Shown here in pieces: positions 23,113 through 33,061 of a stretch of DNA of 64,000 bases (positions are counted from its first letter, which is position 1; the number at the start of each line of letters is the position of its first letter). The stretch is from an uncultured delta proteobacterium (GTDB lineage: Bacteria > Myxococcota > Myxococcia > Myxococcales > Myxococcaceae). Under the pieces are notes generated by a model, which had not been told where the DNA came from, ran no database searches, and worked only from the letters and a program-made list of their open reading frames with translations. The stretch covers positions 448,001-512,000 of the forward strand of contig CAVYSY010000026.1 in assembly GCA_963771175.1 (NCBI GenBank), in the 5' to 3' direction. Position numbers and translations under genes: made by a program.

Positions 23113-24651
23113 TCAGACGGAAGGCGGAGGAGCCACATTCGGGACGGTGGGCCACACGGTGGGGTTGCGCCGCCCATCCACCACCCGGCGGGCCAGGTAG
23201 GGCTGACAGTCGTGCTCCTGGAAAGCGCGCTTGAAGGCGGCGAAGCTGCCCCCGGCCTTCCAGGCATCCATCGTGGCGAGGCCCACCTCGGGGCCGCACT
23301 GGGCCATCATGTACTCCACCCAGGCCCAGCGGGCCGAGGTAGGCCGCACCTCGGCGCGTCCCTTGAGCCCGCGCCGCAGCCGCTCCAGCCGGTTCTCCAC
23401 CTCGCGGATGCCGGCGAAAGGCGCCCCGTCCAGGGGGGTGTTGCGCTTGGCCACGAAGGGCGCGACGCCCAGGGCCACCGGCAGAATCTTCGACAGTTCG
23501 GTGGTGAAGCGCGCCAGCTCGTCGACGTCCGCGTCCTCCTCCAGGGGGAGGCCCACGACGTTGTACACCTTGAGCTGCTTCATCCCCGCCGTCTTGGCGA
23601 AGTTCGCCGCGCGGATGATCTGCTCCTCCGAGTGCTTGCGGTCCACGAGGTCCCGCATGCGCTGGGAGGCCCCATCCGCGGCCACGGTGAGGTTGGTGGC
23701 GCCCCCGCGCCGGAGCTGATCCACCAGCTCCTGGGTGAGCCGATCCGCGCGCAGTGAGGACACGCCCACCTCACGGCCGGAGTCCACGAGGGTGCGCAGC
23801 AGCTCGACGATGCGCGGGTGGTCCGTCACGGCCGCGCCCACGAGCCCCACGCGCTTCGCATAATCGGGGATGAGGGACAGCACCCGCTCGGGGGGCACGG
23901 TGCGCATGCCGCCGTTGGTGGTGCGCCGCATGACGCAGTAGTGGCACCCGCGCGAGCAACCGCGCTCCGGCTCGATGAGGAACATCGAGCGCAGCTCCGT
24001 ATGCGGGGTGATGATGGCCGAGCGCGCTGGCAGCAGCGCATCCGTGGCCTTGGCGACGTGGTAGCGCTGCCCTCCCCTGCCAGCCACCCGGAAGCCGGGG
24101 ATGCTGGCGAGGTGCGAGAGGAGCGCATCCTTCTCCATGGACGCCGCGGCCTCCAGGAGGACGTGGATGAGCTCCTCGGCCTCGCCCTGGACGAGCACGT
24201 CCACGAAGGGCTCGAGCGGATCCGGATTGGAGAAGGTGAGCGGCCCGCCGGCCACCACGAGCGGGTGACGCTCGTTCCGTTCCTCCTTGAGGAGGGGGAT
24301 GCCGGCCAGGTCCAGCATGGAGAAGAGCCCGGTCAGCTCCAGCTCGTAGGCCACCGAGAAGGCCAGCATGTGGAAGCTGGAGACGGGGGCCTGCGACTCG
24401 AAGGAGAAGAGGGCCGTGCGGGTGCGGCGGTACGCCTCCACGTCATCGGGGAGGAAGGCGCGCTCGGCGGTGGCCCCCGGGTGGGAGTGGATCTCCCGGT
24501 ACATGGCCTGGTAGCCGAGTGAGCTCATGCCCACGTGGTAGGGGCTCGGATAGCAGAGGGCCACCCGGTAGGGCGCCTCCTTGCGGAGCGTGCCCTGCTC
24601 GTCCGCCAACAAGGCGGCGACGCGTTCGACGAGTGAGTACCGACCCTCCAT
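23113..24651 (-). CDS. Radical SAM protein
   Basis: CxxxCxxC (GCSRGCHYC); YPSPYHVGMSSLG N-terminal motif. Confidence 0.9.
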   Translation of the reverse strand: MEGRYSLVERVAALLADEQGTLRKEAPYRVALCYPSPYHVGMSSLGYQAMYREIHSHPGATAERAFLPDDVEAYRRTRTALFSFESQAPVSSFHMLAFSVAYELELTGLFSMLDLAGIPLLKEERNERHPLVVAGGPLTFSNPDPLEPFVDVLVQGEAEELIHVLLEAAASMEKDALLSHLASIPGFRVAGRGGQRYHVAKATDALLPARSAIITPHTELRSMFLIEPERGCSRGCHYCVMRRTTNGGMRTVPPERVLSLIPDYAKRVGLVGAAVTDHPRIVELLRTLVDSGREVGVSSLRADRLTQELVDQLRRGGATNLTVAADGASQRMRDLVDRKHSEEQIIRAANFAKTAGMKQLKVYNVVGLPLEEDADVDELARFTTELSKILPVALGVAPFVAKRNTPLDGAPFAGIREVENRLERLRRGLKGRAEVRPTSARWAWVEYMMAQCGPEVGLATMDAWKAGGSFAAFKRAFQEHDCQPYLARRVVDGRRNPTVWPTVPNVAPPPSV

Positions 24652-24789
24652 GCACCATCCCGGGTAAACCTGAGAACAGAGACCAACCGTCCATAAACAC
24701 CGCGGCCCCGAGCCGCCACTCCCACGTGGGGGAGCGACAACCGGGGCCGCGATTCACTTCAGGCGCGGACCAGCCGCGCCGCCAGGAGC

Positions 24790-25599
24790 CTACTTGTTCT
24801 TGAAGGAGGCCGGGCGCTTGGCAGGCACGCAGGCCTCGAGGTCCGCATCGCACACCGCGTCGAAGTCCGGGTTGAGGCCCGAGCCCTCGCCGCAGTTCTC
24901 CGCCGGCTTGTCGGAACCGGGGACGCAGGCCACGGACGGCCACATCGCCCACACCTCGTACTCCGCGGTGCAGTCGCCCTCGGTGTACGTCAGCGAGCCA
25001 CGCAGCTGGGTGCCCGGAGCCGACGGGTGCGAGTACACCTCGATGTCGCCGTACTGGTACGTGCGCGACGCCGCAGGGAACTCCACCTTGTTAGCGTCCT
25101 TCTCGTTGACGATCGCCTCGACCGTGATCGAGGCCTGGGCGAAGCCGCTGGCCTTGCAGTAGCCCTCGTCATCCGGCTCACTGGACAGGGTCGCGGACTG
25201 GGCAGTGGCGTTGCTCCACTCCGACTGGGGCACCGTCGACGTGACGGTCTTCTTCACCGGCTCCCCCTTCGCGTCCAGATCACCCGTCTCGTAGGTGTAG
25301 GATCGACGGGTCAGCTGCGCCAGGTGACGCGGACGAATCGCCAGGAAGGCGCCCTTGTTCTCCGCGACCATGGCCTCGGTGGCGTCGGGGTTCGAGTACT
25401 TCCAGACCCCGAGCTCCTCGCCCTTGAACTGGCCGCAAGCCTTGGCCGCGTCAGCCTCCGTCTTCGGGACGTACTTCGCCTGCCACAGCCCGAAGGACGA
25501 GTCCTGCACGATGCAGCCCGCGGACGGCTGCTCGAGGCAACCGGACATGATGCTGGCCGCACCGAATGCGGCCACTGCAGTTGCAATACGCTTGATCAT
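24790..25599 (-). CDS. mlpA: Cys-containing lipoprotein MlpA-like, downstream of oar
   Basis: Lipobox MSGC; position directly after oar matches the Myxococcus oar-mlpA operon. Confidence 0.7.
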   Translation of the reverse strand: MIKRIATAVAAFGAASIMSGCLEQPSAGCIVQDSSFGLWQAKYVPKTEADAAKACGQFKGEELGVWKYSNPDATEAMVAENKGAFLAIRPRHLAQLTRRSYTYETGDLDAKGEPVKKTVTSTVPQSEWSNATAQSATLSSEPDDEGYCKASGFAQASITVEAIVNEKDANKVEFPAASRTYQYGDIEVYSHPSAPGTQLRGSLTYTEGDCTAEYEVWAMWPSVACVPGSDKPAENCGEGSGLNPDFDAVCDADLEACVPAKRPASFKNK

Positions 25600-25628
25600 G
25601 GTTCTCTGATCCAATCCGGCAGGGGGTC

Positions 25629-28600
25629 CTAGAAGGTGTACTTGAGGCCGACGCGGATCTGCCGCGGAGCCTGGTACGCCGTCGCCTTCTTGAAGTTCGG
25701 GTTGAGATCGTCAGCCGTGAGCTTCTCACCCGTGTCCACGTTGTCGACCATCTCCGGCTTGAGGTCGCCCGCCTTCACCCCGCCCTCGACCGGCAGCACG
25801 CTGGCGAAGGTGTAGTTCTGGTCGACGCTCGTGATGCCCTGGAAGTTGAAGACGTTGAACACGTCCAGGGTCAGAGACACCACGTTCGTCTTACCCACGC
25901 GGTAGTTCACACCGACGTTGGAGTCGATGTTGTTCACCCACGGGGTACGACCACCGGAACCACGCTGGATGACGAACGCCTCGCTCGGGCCGTATATCGG
26001 GTGACCGCCGATGTAGCTGATGGGCGAACCGGAGTTGCCGCGGTAGGACACGCCGATGCTCGCGCTCAGGTCCTTGGAGAGGTTGAACTCCTTGGCGCCG
26101 AACAGCTTGACCGAGTGGGTCCGGTCGTACGGCAGGAGGCCCTCGCGGTTCTTCAGCAGCGACACCAGGTCGAAGTCCGACAGGATGTTCGGATCCAGCT
26201 GGGAGTTCTCCGGACGGAACAGACCCGGGTAGTTTCCGAACAGCTGCGACCAGGTGTAGCTCGCCTGCGCCAGCCAGCCATCGCCGAAGGTGCGGTTGAG
26301 GAACACCGACACCGCGTCGTAGTTACGCGTCGGGGTCGGGAACTCCTTGGCGAAGCCCATACCCGGGTTGCCGAGGAAGTACGTGTTGCCGTCGTCGCGG
26401 CTCATGTCCTCGATGACCGCGCCCATGCTGCGGTGGGTGTAGGTCGCACCCATGCGCAGGTTGGCCATCAGCTCGTACTCGGCGCCGACGAGGTACTCGT
26501 CGGAGGACTGCGGCTGGATGTCGGGATCCACCGGCTCCTTGTCCGCCGAACCACCGGAGTAGAGGCGGCTCGGGTTCAGGCTGGTGGGCGAGCTGGCGAC
26601 GACCGTCTTCGCGTCATCCTTGCACGCGGCCTGGCCCTCCATGGTGCCCATGGTGGCCGGGTCGCACAGGCCCACGCCCGCGCGGCGGGTGGCGTTGTAG
26701 CGGCGCTCGCCCGGGAAGGCGCGGTCCAGCATGTTGAGCGGAACCTGCTCGTAGTAGCGAGCGAAGTTCGCGTACACCTTCATGCGGCCGTTGCGCAGCG
26801 GGTCCACGATCAGGCCCACGCGGGGCGAGACCTGGTTGGCCATCACGAGCGCCAGGTTGCCGTCACCGCCGTACATCCACTGGGTGTCGTAGCGCACGCC
26901 CGCGTTCACCGTCACCATGCCCGCGATCGTCCAGCTGTCCTGGAGGAAGCCGCCGGCGGTGGTGCTGGTGGAGAGGGAGCGCTGGGTGAGCTGGTTGACC
27001 ACCTGATCGATGGCCGGCTGGTAGCCGAAGCGACGGAAGTCGGCCCAGGACGCGCCCGAGAGCGCCTCACGCAGGTACACGCCACCCGAGTAAGCCTTGA
27101 GCTGGTCGTAGCTCAGCAGCTCCACGTCCACGCCCGCCTTGAGCACGTGGCTGCCCAACAGGTCGAGCAGGTACGTGCCCTTGGCGTTCATCTGGAGGCG
27201 ATCCAGCTTGCCCTCCGAGATGAAGCCGGGGCCTCCCGCGAAGTAGTTCGTCGCCGGGCAGGTGAGCGTCCCGTCAGGGAGCTCGCGGCAGAGCGACGCG
27301 GCGCTCTCCGCCAGGTTCTGCTCGTAGTACTCGATCGACCGCTGAGCGCGGTACTGGACGAGCGACAGGCCGGCCAGACCGGTGGTGTCACCGGGGCGGG
27401 TGCCGTCATCCGGCAGGGTGGAGGAGGTCTGGTGGAACCAACCCACGTTCGCGTCCACCAGGAACTTCTTGTCGCTGAAGGCGCCGCCGTAATTCAGGCC
27501 CACCGCGGTGGTGCCCGCGAGCTCCTGAGTGTTGCCGTAGCTATCAGGGTGACCGTTGAGGCGGGTCGGGACGCCACCCGTCTGCGGGTCGATGGACAGC
27601 GCGCCATTGCCGCCCGACACGCTCGGCGTGCCCGTGACGGAGAGGGAGACCTTGTGGTCCGAGTTGATGAGGTACGTCAGCTTGCCCATGTACTGCAGGC
27701 TGCGCGCCTCGGCCAGGTAGTCACGCCCGGACCCGGGGATCTCCTGGGTCTCGGTGTAGCCGGTCTCCTTGTTGACCTTCAGGATCTCGTCGCCATCCGC
27801 GTTGGTCTCGGTCAGGAAGGCGTTGACCGAGCGGCGGTGGTTGTAGCGGCTGAAGGACGGAGCCACGCCGGCGAAGAACCACAGCTTGTCCTTGAGGATC
27901 GGACCGCCGAGGGTGGCGCCGAAGTCGCCCATCGCGCTGAGCGAGTTGAGGCCGGTGACGACCGAGCTCGCGTTCAGCACCTTCGTGCGATCACCCTCGA
28001 GGAAGCCCGGGGTGACGTTGCCGAAGACGGTGCCGTGGAACTCGTTGGAGCCGGACTTCGTCACCGCGTTGAGCACGCCGCCGGTGGAGCGGCCGTACTC
28101 CGGCATGTAGCCGCCGGTGATGATGTTGACGTCCTGCACGAACTCGACGCTCAGCGGGCTGGCGTTGATGCCGAAGGCCGGGTCGTTCGTGGACAGACCG
28201 TCGACCACGTACCCGTTCTCAGGAGACGTGGTGCCGTTGATGGACACGCCGTACGCGTCGTTCTGCGCGCCCGGGGCCAGCTCGGCGAGGCTGTCGAAGG
28301 AGCGCGCCGCGCCGCCCTTGCCGCCCGGACGGTTCACCGCGATGCGCTTGATGAAGTCCTGGTCGACGTTGACGCCCGTGTTCGTCGAGCCGACGTCCAC
28401 GGTCGGCGGCTTCATCACCACGATCATCTCTTCGGTGAAGCTCTCGGGCAGCAGCTCCACGTTCACGCGGATGGTGCGGTCCAGGCGCAGCTGGATCTCC
28501 GAACGCGAGAACGGCTTGAACGACTCCTTGTCGAACCGCAGGGTGTAGACACCGGGCGGCAACTGGGGAATGCGGTACTGGCCCTGGGCATCCGTCACCA

Positions 28601-28781
28601 CGATCTGCTCGCCCTGAAGATTGGGCGAGGTTGCCGTGACGACCACATCCTGAACCGGCTTCTTCGACTCCGCGCTGACGACCTGGCCGACGATAACGCT
28701 GTCGGCATACGCCGCCGTCCCGTAGGACAGAGACGCGACCACGACCACTCCAGTTGCCCGGAGCATTCGTCTTACTTGCAT
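25629..28781 (-). CDS. oar: TonB-dependent transporter, Oar subclass
   Basis: N-terminal carboxypeptidase-regulatory-like extension, plug (TGGYMPEYGRSTGG), barrel ending KYTF; divergent tonB-exbB-exbD-exbD. Confidence 0.9.
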   Translation of the reverse strand: MQVRRMLRATGVVVVASLSYGTAAYADSVIVGQVVSAESKKPVQDVVVTATSPNLQGEQIVVTDAQGQYRIPQLPPGVYTLRFDKESFKPFSRSEIQLRLDRTIRVNVELLPESFTEEMIVVMKPPTVDVGSTNTGVNVDQDFIKRIAVNRPGGKGGAARSFDSLAELAPGAQNDAYGVSINGTTSPENGYVVDGLSTNDPAFGINASPLSVEFVQDVNIITGGYMPEYGRSTGGVLNAVTKSGSNEFHGTVFGNVTPGFLEGDRTKVLNASSVVTGLNSLSAMGDFGATLGGPILKDKLWFFAGVAPSFSRYNHRRSVNAFLTETNADGDEILKVNKETGYTETQEIPGSGRDYLAEARSLQYMGKLTYLINSDHKVSLSVTGTPSVSGGNGALSIDPQTGGVPTRLNGHPDSYGNTQELAGTTAVGLNYGGAFSDKKFLVDANVGWFHQTSSTLPDDGTRPGDTTGLAGLSLVQYRAQRSIEYYEQNLAESAASLCRELPDGTLTCPATNYFAGGPGFISEGKLDRLQMNAKGTYLLDLLGSHVLKAGVDVELLSYDQLKAYSGGVYLREALSGASWADFRRFGYQPAIDQVVNQLTQRSLSTSTTAGGFLQDSWTIAGMVTVNAGVRYDTQWMYGGDGNLALVMANQVSPRVGLIVDPLRNGRMKVYANFARYYEQVPLNMLDRAFPGERRYNATRRAGVGLCDPATMGTMEGQAACKDDAKTVVASSPTSLNPSRLYSGGSADKEPVDPDIQPQSSDEYLVGAEYELMANLRMGATYTHRSMGAVIEDMSRDDGNTYFLGNPGMGFAKEFPTPTRNYDAVSVFLNRTFGDGWLAQASYTWSQLFGNYPGLFRPENSQLDPNILSDFDLVSLLKNREGLLPYDRTHSVKLFGAKEFNLSKDLSASIGVSYRGNSGSPISYIGGHPIYGPSEAFVIQRGSGGRTPWVNNIDSNVGVNYRVGKTNVVSLTLDVFNVFNFQGITSVDQNYTFASVLPVEGGVKAGDLKPEMVDNVDTGEKLTADDLNPNFKKATAYQAPRQIRVGLKYTF

Positions 28782-29024
28782 GCTGGGAACCCCTCCAAGG
28801 TGGGCTTGCACTGCAACTAAAATGGTCCGGGAAAATAGCTGAGGTCCATCAGTTGTCAATATGCCGTTGCTTTTTGGCAACTACTGGGGCATTGCGCGAT
28901 CAGCCAAGTGGCCTTCCAGGGTGGGGTCACTTGCACCCGTCCCCGGTTTTTGTAATGTAACGCGCCTTTTGCGATCCGGACGGGACGTGGTGGGTGTCCA
29001 CCGGAGTATGAGGAGCGTTGCGCA

Positions 29025-29786
29025 ATGTTCGACTCTGTCCTTGACCGCGGGCAAGGCCCCAAGACTCGCGTCGGCCTGGGCGCCATCATCTCGGTTGTCC
29101 TGCATGTGGGGCTGTTGGCCCTCTTGATCTGGTACCCCACCCGTTCTCAGAAGGAGAAGGAGACGGAGGTGGAGGTGACCTTCAAGCAGGCCATGGCGCC
29201 GCCGATGGCCGCTGCGCCTCCGCCGCCTCCGCCGCCTCCTCCGGCGAAGAAGAAGTCCAATCCCACCAAGAAGCCGGTGGTGAAGAAGCCGGACGTGATC
29301 GTCCAGCCCAAGGAAATCCCCCAGGAGAAGCCGCCCGAGGTGGAGCCTGATCCGAACGCCGCCGAGGAGGAGGAGGCGAGTGAGGAAGAGGTGGAGGGTG
29401 GTGTCGAGGGTGGCGTCGAGGGCGGTGTGATCGGCGGCGTAGTGGGTGGCGTGGTCGGAGGTGTACTCGGCGGACAGGTGGGTGGCACGGGCACGGACGT
29501 GCTCCCCTTCGGCGCGGGAATGACGCGTCCGGAGAAGCTGTCGGGTCCGCAGCCTCAGTACAGCCGCGAGGCCATGGAAGCCAAAGTGCAGGGTCTGATG
29601 ATCGTCAAGTGCGTCATCACCACCGAGGGCAAGGTCGAGCGCTGCCGCATCATCAAGCCCCTGCCCTTCATGGATCAGGCCGTGCTGGAGTCCCTGTACG
29701 CCCAGCGCTACCAGCCCGTGACGTTCCAGGGTCGGCCCGTGCAGGTCGACTACACCTTCAACATCCGTCTGAGCCTGCCCCGCTAG
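29025..29786 (+). CDS. tonB: Energy transducer TonB
   Basis: TM with SxxxH, Pro-rich linker, GGVxGG repeats, TonB C-terminal domain. Confidence 0.92.
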   Translation: MFDSVLDRGQGPKTRVGLGAIISVVLHVGLLALLIWYPTRSQKEKETEVEVTFKQAMAPPMAAAPPPPPPPPPAKKKSNPTKKPVVKKPDVIVQPKEIPQEKPPEVEPDPNAAEEEEASEEEVEGGVEGGVEGGVIGGVVGGVVGGVLGGQVGGTGTDVLPFGAGMTRPEKLSGPQPQYSREAMEAKVQGLMIVKCVITTEGKVERCRIIKPLPFMDQAVLESLYAQRYQPVTFQGRPVQVDYTFNIRLSLPR

Positions 29787-29882
29787 TCCCCAGCCTGCCT
29801 CGCCAGGCTCAGGAGACGGGCTCCGAAGTTTGTCGTACCGTCGTACCCCAACCGCGCTCGAGGAGGAGCGCTTCCCCCGACC

Positions 29883-30578
29883 ATGGAATCCACTGACTTT
29901 TCGCTTGCTGGCATCTGGCACCACACGGGTCCGTTCGCTCGTTCCATCATCTTCGCTCTCGCGATCATGTCCATCGCATCCCTGGTGGTGATGGTGGAGC
30001 GCATCCTCGTCTTCCGGAAGACGCGCAAGGACTCCCGCAACTTCGCCGCCAAGATGGGGGCCATCCTGGCCAAGGGTGACCTGCCGCAGGCCGCCAACAC
30101 CAACATGGGCAAGGAGATCGGTCACCTGGGCCGCGTCATCGGCTCGGGCCTGACCGCCTACCGCATCAGCCCGTCGGACAAGGACGTGGCGGTGGAGTCG
30201 GTGGCGCGCGCGCTGGAGCGTCAGGCGCAGCGTGAGGTGCAGAGCCTCAAGCGCGGCCTGGGCATCCTGGCCACGGTGGGCTCCACGGCCCCCTTCGTGG
30301 GTCTGCTGGGCACCACGATGGGTATCGTGAACGCCTTCCAGCTCATGGCGGCCGCGGGCGCGGGCGGTCTGGGCACCATCTCGGCCGGTATCGCCGAGGC
30401 GCTCATCACCACCGCCTTCGGTCTGCTCGTGGCCATCCCGGCGGTTATGGCCTACAACTTCCTGTCGGGCTGGGTGGACGCTCGCTCGGTGGACATCTCC
30501 GAGTCCTCCAACGAGTTCCTGGACGTCGTCGCGCGCAACCTGGGCGGCGGCGCGCACGCCTCCTCGCAGCAGGGCTAA
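29883..30578 (+). CDS. exbB: ExbB/MotA/TolQ proton channel protein
   Basis: TAPFVGLLGT, GIAEALITTAFGLLVAIPA. Confidence 0.93.
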   Translation: MESTDFSLAGIWHHTGPFARSIIFALAIMSIASLVVMVERILVFRKTRKDSRNFAAKMGAILAKGDLPQAANTNMGKEIGHLGRVIGSGLTAYRISPSDKDVAVESVARALERQAQREVQSLKRGLGILATVGSTAPFVGLLGTTMGIVNAFQLMAAAGAGGLGTISAGIAEALITTAFGLLVAIPAVMAYNFLSGWVDARSVDISESSNEFLDVVARNLGGGAHASSQQG

Positions 30579-30680
30579 TCACCCGAGAGCACCCGGGCCC
30601 GCCTCGGCGTGTGTCGGGTCCCCTGAGAAAGGGGACCGCACGTCGGGCGGGCGCTCTCTTCTCCAGGAACAGGTGCGCGC

Positions 30681-31106
30681 ATGGGAATGGCAGTAGGTGG
30701 TCCCCAAGGGGGCCCGAAGAGCGACATCAACGTCACGCCGCTGGTGGACGTGGTGCTCGTTCTCCTCATCATCTTCATGGTCATCACGCCCATGCTCCAG
30801 CGTGGGAAGTCCGTCACCCTGCCCAAGGCCAACAAGGTGGAGGAGGAGAACGAAGGGACGACCGATCCGGACCCGGTCATCCTCTCCGTCACCTCGGACA
30901 AGAAGATGTTCGTCGAGCAGGATGAGTTCGACTCGGCGGGCCTGGAGGTCAAGCTGCGCGAGACTCTGGCCTACCTGCCCAACAAGAAGATCCTCCTCAA
31001 GGGCGACAGCGCGCTCACCGTGGGTGACGTGCGCCAGGTGATGGAGATCACCCGCAAGGCGAAAGCCAAGAAGATCTTCCTCGGTGTCGAGGAGCAGAAG
31101 AACTAG
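30681..31106 (+). CDS. exbD: ExbD/TolR protein (copy 1)
   Basis: DINVTPLVDVVLVLLIIFM. Confidence 0.93.
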   Translation: MGMAVGGPQGGPKSDINVTPLVDVVLVLLIIFMVITPMLQRGKSVTLPKANKVEEENEGTTDPDPVILSVTSDKKMFVEQDEFDSAGLEVKLRETLAYLPNKKILLKGDSALTVGDVRQVMEITRKAKAKKIFLGVEEQKN

Positions 31107-31108
31107 CC

Positions 31109-31627
31109 ATGGCCGGAACTCGTAAGTTCGTCAAACCCTCGACCCCGCCCAACTCGGACATCAACGTCACTCCGTTGGTGGACGTGGTGCTGGTGCTCCT
31201 CATCATCTTCATGGTCGTCACGCCGCTCCTCGAGAAGGACATCGAGGTGCGCATCCCGGAGACCGAGGACGTCCCCGTGGAGCAGATGCCCCAGGACAAC
31301 AGCCAGCTGATCGTCAAGCTGGACGCCGACGGCACCTTCTCCATCAACACGGACCCCGTCTCTCCGGACGAGTACGTCAACAAGCTGCGCCGCATGCTGG
31401 CCGCCAAGACGAAGGAGGACCGCATCGTCTTCTTCGTGGCGGACGACAAGGCCAACTACGGCAAGCTCGTGGCCGCCTTCGACGGCGCCAAGCAGGCCGG
31501 GGCCTTCGTGCTGGGCATGGCCACCGAGGACATCCCGGTGGCTCCGGCTCCGGCTCCGGGTGGCGATCCGGGAGCTGCTCCGGCTGGCGATCCGGGAGCC
31601 GCTCCGGCTCCCGCGCCCGCCCCGTAA
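31109..31627 (+). CDS. exbD: ExbD/TolR protein (copy 2) with GDPGAAP-repeat tail
   Basis: DINVTPLVDVVLVLLIIFM; 24-bp tandem repeat near 31562-31609. Confidence 0.93.
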   Translation: MAGTRKFVKPSTPPNSDINVTPLVDVVLVLLIIFMVVTPLLEKDIEVRIPETEDVPVEQMPQDNSQLIVKLDADGTFSINTDPVSPDEYVNKLRRMLAAKTKEDRIVFFVADDKANYGKLVAAFDGAKQAGAFVLGMATEDIPVAPAPAPGGDPGAAPAGDPGAAPAPAPAP

Positions 31628-31678
31628 TCGTGGCGTGGTTCACATTCGGGGGCTCGTCGGCTAGAGTGTAATTTTCCT

Positions 31679-32302
31679 ATGGCCGACGAGCTCCTGGTCT
31701 TCGAGCAAACCATCGAAGCAGTCTTCATACGCGCTCTGCACGGGCGCCTCCCGCCCAACTGCAAGGCGCGTCTGCGACAGGCGGGGTTGGACCTGGATCA
31801 GAAGCTCCGCCCCGCCTACCCATTCGACGCATGGATGACGTTCCTCCGCATCGCGGCGGAGGAACTCTACCCGGGCGAGCCCCTGGAGAAGGGGGCCTTC
31901 AAGATTGGCGAGGCCTGTATCGATGGCTTCCGCGAGACGATGCTGGGGCGCGCCGTGCTGTCGCTGCTGCGCGTGCTGGGCCCCCGGCGGGCGCTGATGC
32001 GGGCCACGCAGAACTTCCGGGCCGGCAACAACTACACCGAGTCACGCATGAAGGAACTGAGCCCGCGCCAGTTCGAGCTGTGGATGAACGAGGTCGGCTC
32101 GCTGCCCACGTTCACCGCGGGCATCATCCACGCGGGCCTGCGGACGGCCGGCGCGGAGAACATCCGCATCGACCTGTCCGGCTACGACGGCCACGCCTGC
32201 ACCTACTGCATCAACTGGAGCGAGGCCTCCGTCTCCTCGGGAGTGGCCGGCAAGGGCGACTCCAAGGCCGCCACCAGGTCCGGATCCATCAACTCCCTGT
32301 AG
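31679..32302 (+). CDS. Myxococcales-restricted DUF2378 (TIGR02265-like) protein
   Basis: AGLDLDQKLRPAYP, LGPRRAL, NNY; paralog of 11021-11650. Confidence 0.8.
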   Translation: MADELLVFEQTIEAVFIRALHGRLPPNCKARLRQAGLDLDQKLRPAYPFDAWMTFLRIAAEELYPGEPLEKGAFKIGEACIDGFRETMLGRAVLSLLRVLGPRRALMRATQNFRAGNNYTESRMKELSPRQFELWMNEVGSLPTFTAGIIHAGLRTAGAENIRIDLSGYDGHACTYCINWSEASVSSGVAGKGDSKAATRSGSINSL

Positions 32303-32863
32303 ATGAACTCGGCGAGCAGACCCGTCACCATCCAGATGGGCAGGATGTAGAGCGACGTCATCTCCCAGAGGATGGCGCCGCTGTCCGCGTAGTACCAGAT
32401 GCGGTAGCCCGTCGATCTTCTCCAGCACCAGCCCGCTCAGCCCCTCGAAGAGGAGGATGGCGTGGCCGTAGAGCACCGCGCGCAGCAGCATGCTCTGGCG
32501 GAAGAGCCGACGGTAGATGGGCTCGACGAAGTAGAAGCACGCCACGCCGTAGATGAGGAACATCCACAGCGAGGCCTGGCCGTACGCCGTGACCACGGGC
32601 GTCTCCCAGATGTCGTTGAGGTTCAGCCGGTCATCCACCCGCCACTGGAAGCGGAAGAGCGCCTCGAGCAGCGGCACGTGCCGGGCGATGCGGACCAGGT
32701 TGTAGAAGAAGATCTCCGAGGACAGGCCCACCATTCCGTAGAGGCAGAAGCGGAAGATGGCGAAGGTCAGCTTCAGCCGCGCGTTGCGCTTGAGGTCGGC
32801 GCGACGGACGTGGAGGGACCGGGAGGAGCTTCCAGAATTCGGGGCCTGGGCGGAGTGTTCCAT
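32203..32863 (-). CDS. Hypothetical membrane protein, frameshift near 32412
   Basis: FRFCLYGMVGLSSEIFF...SLWMFLIYG...LFEGLSG, continuing GYRIWYY...ELMDPDL in another frame to the stop at 32203. Confidence 0.6.
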
Positions 32864-33061
32864 GGCACCCAAGATTAGCTGAATTCCATGCGGACTGTCC
32901 GCTTCCCGCCCAGCGGTACGGGCCATCGGCCTGGGGGGGAGCCTCTCCACCCCGTGGGATGCGCCATCCGCGCCGGGGGACGCCTCGGAGAAGGTGGCCT
33001 CTCGCGGGCGGGCCGGTACGCGCATTGCTTCGCGCCGCCAGGACCATTCGGAGGGCGGGAC

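Noticed and set aside
29395..29490. GGT/GGC-rich tandem repeat in tonB as a separate element
   Set aside because: Ordinary coding GGVxGG low-complexity linker typical of myxobacterial TonB proteins
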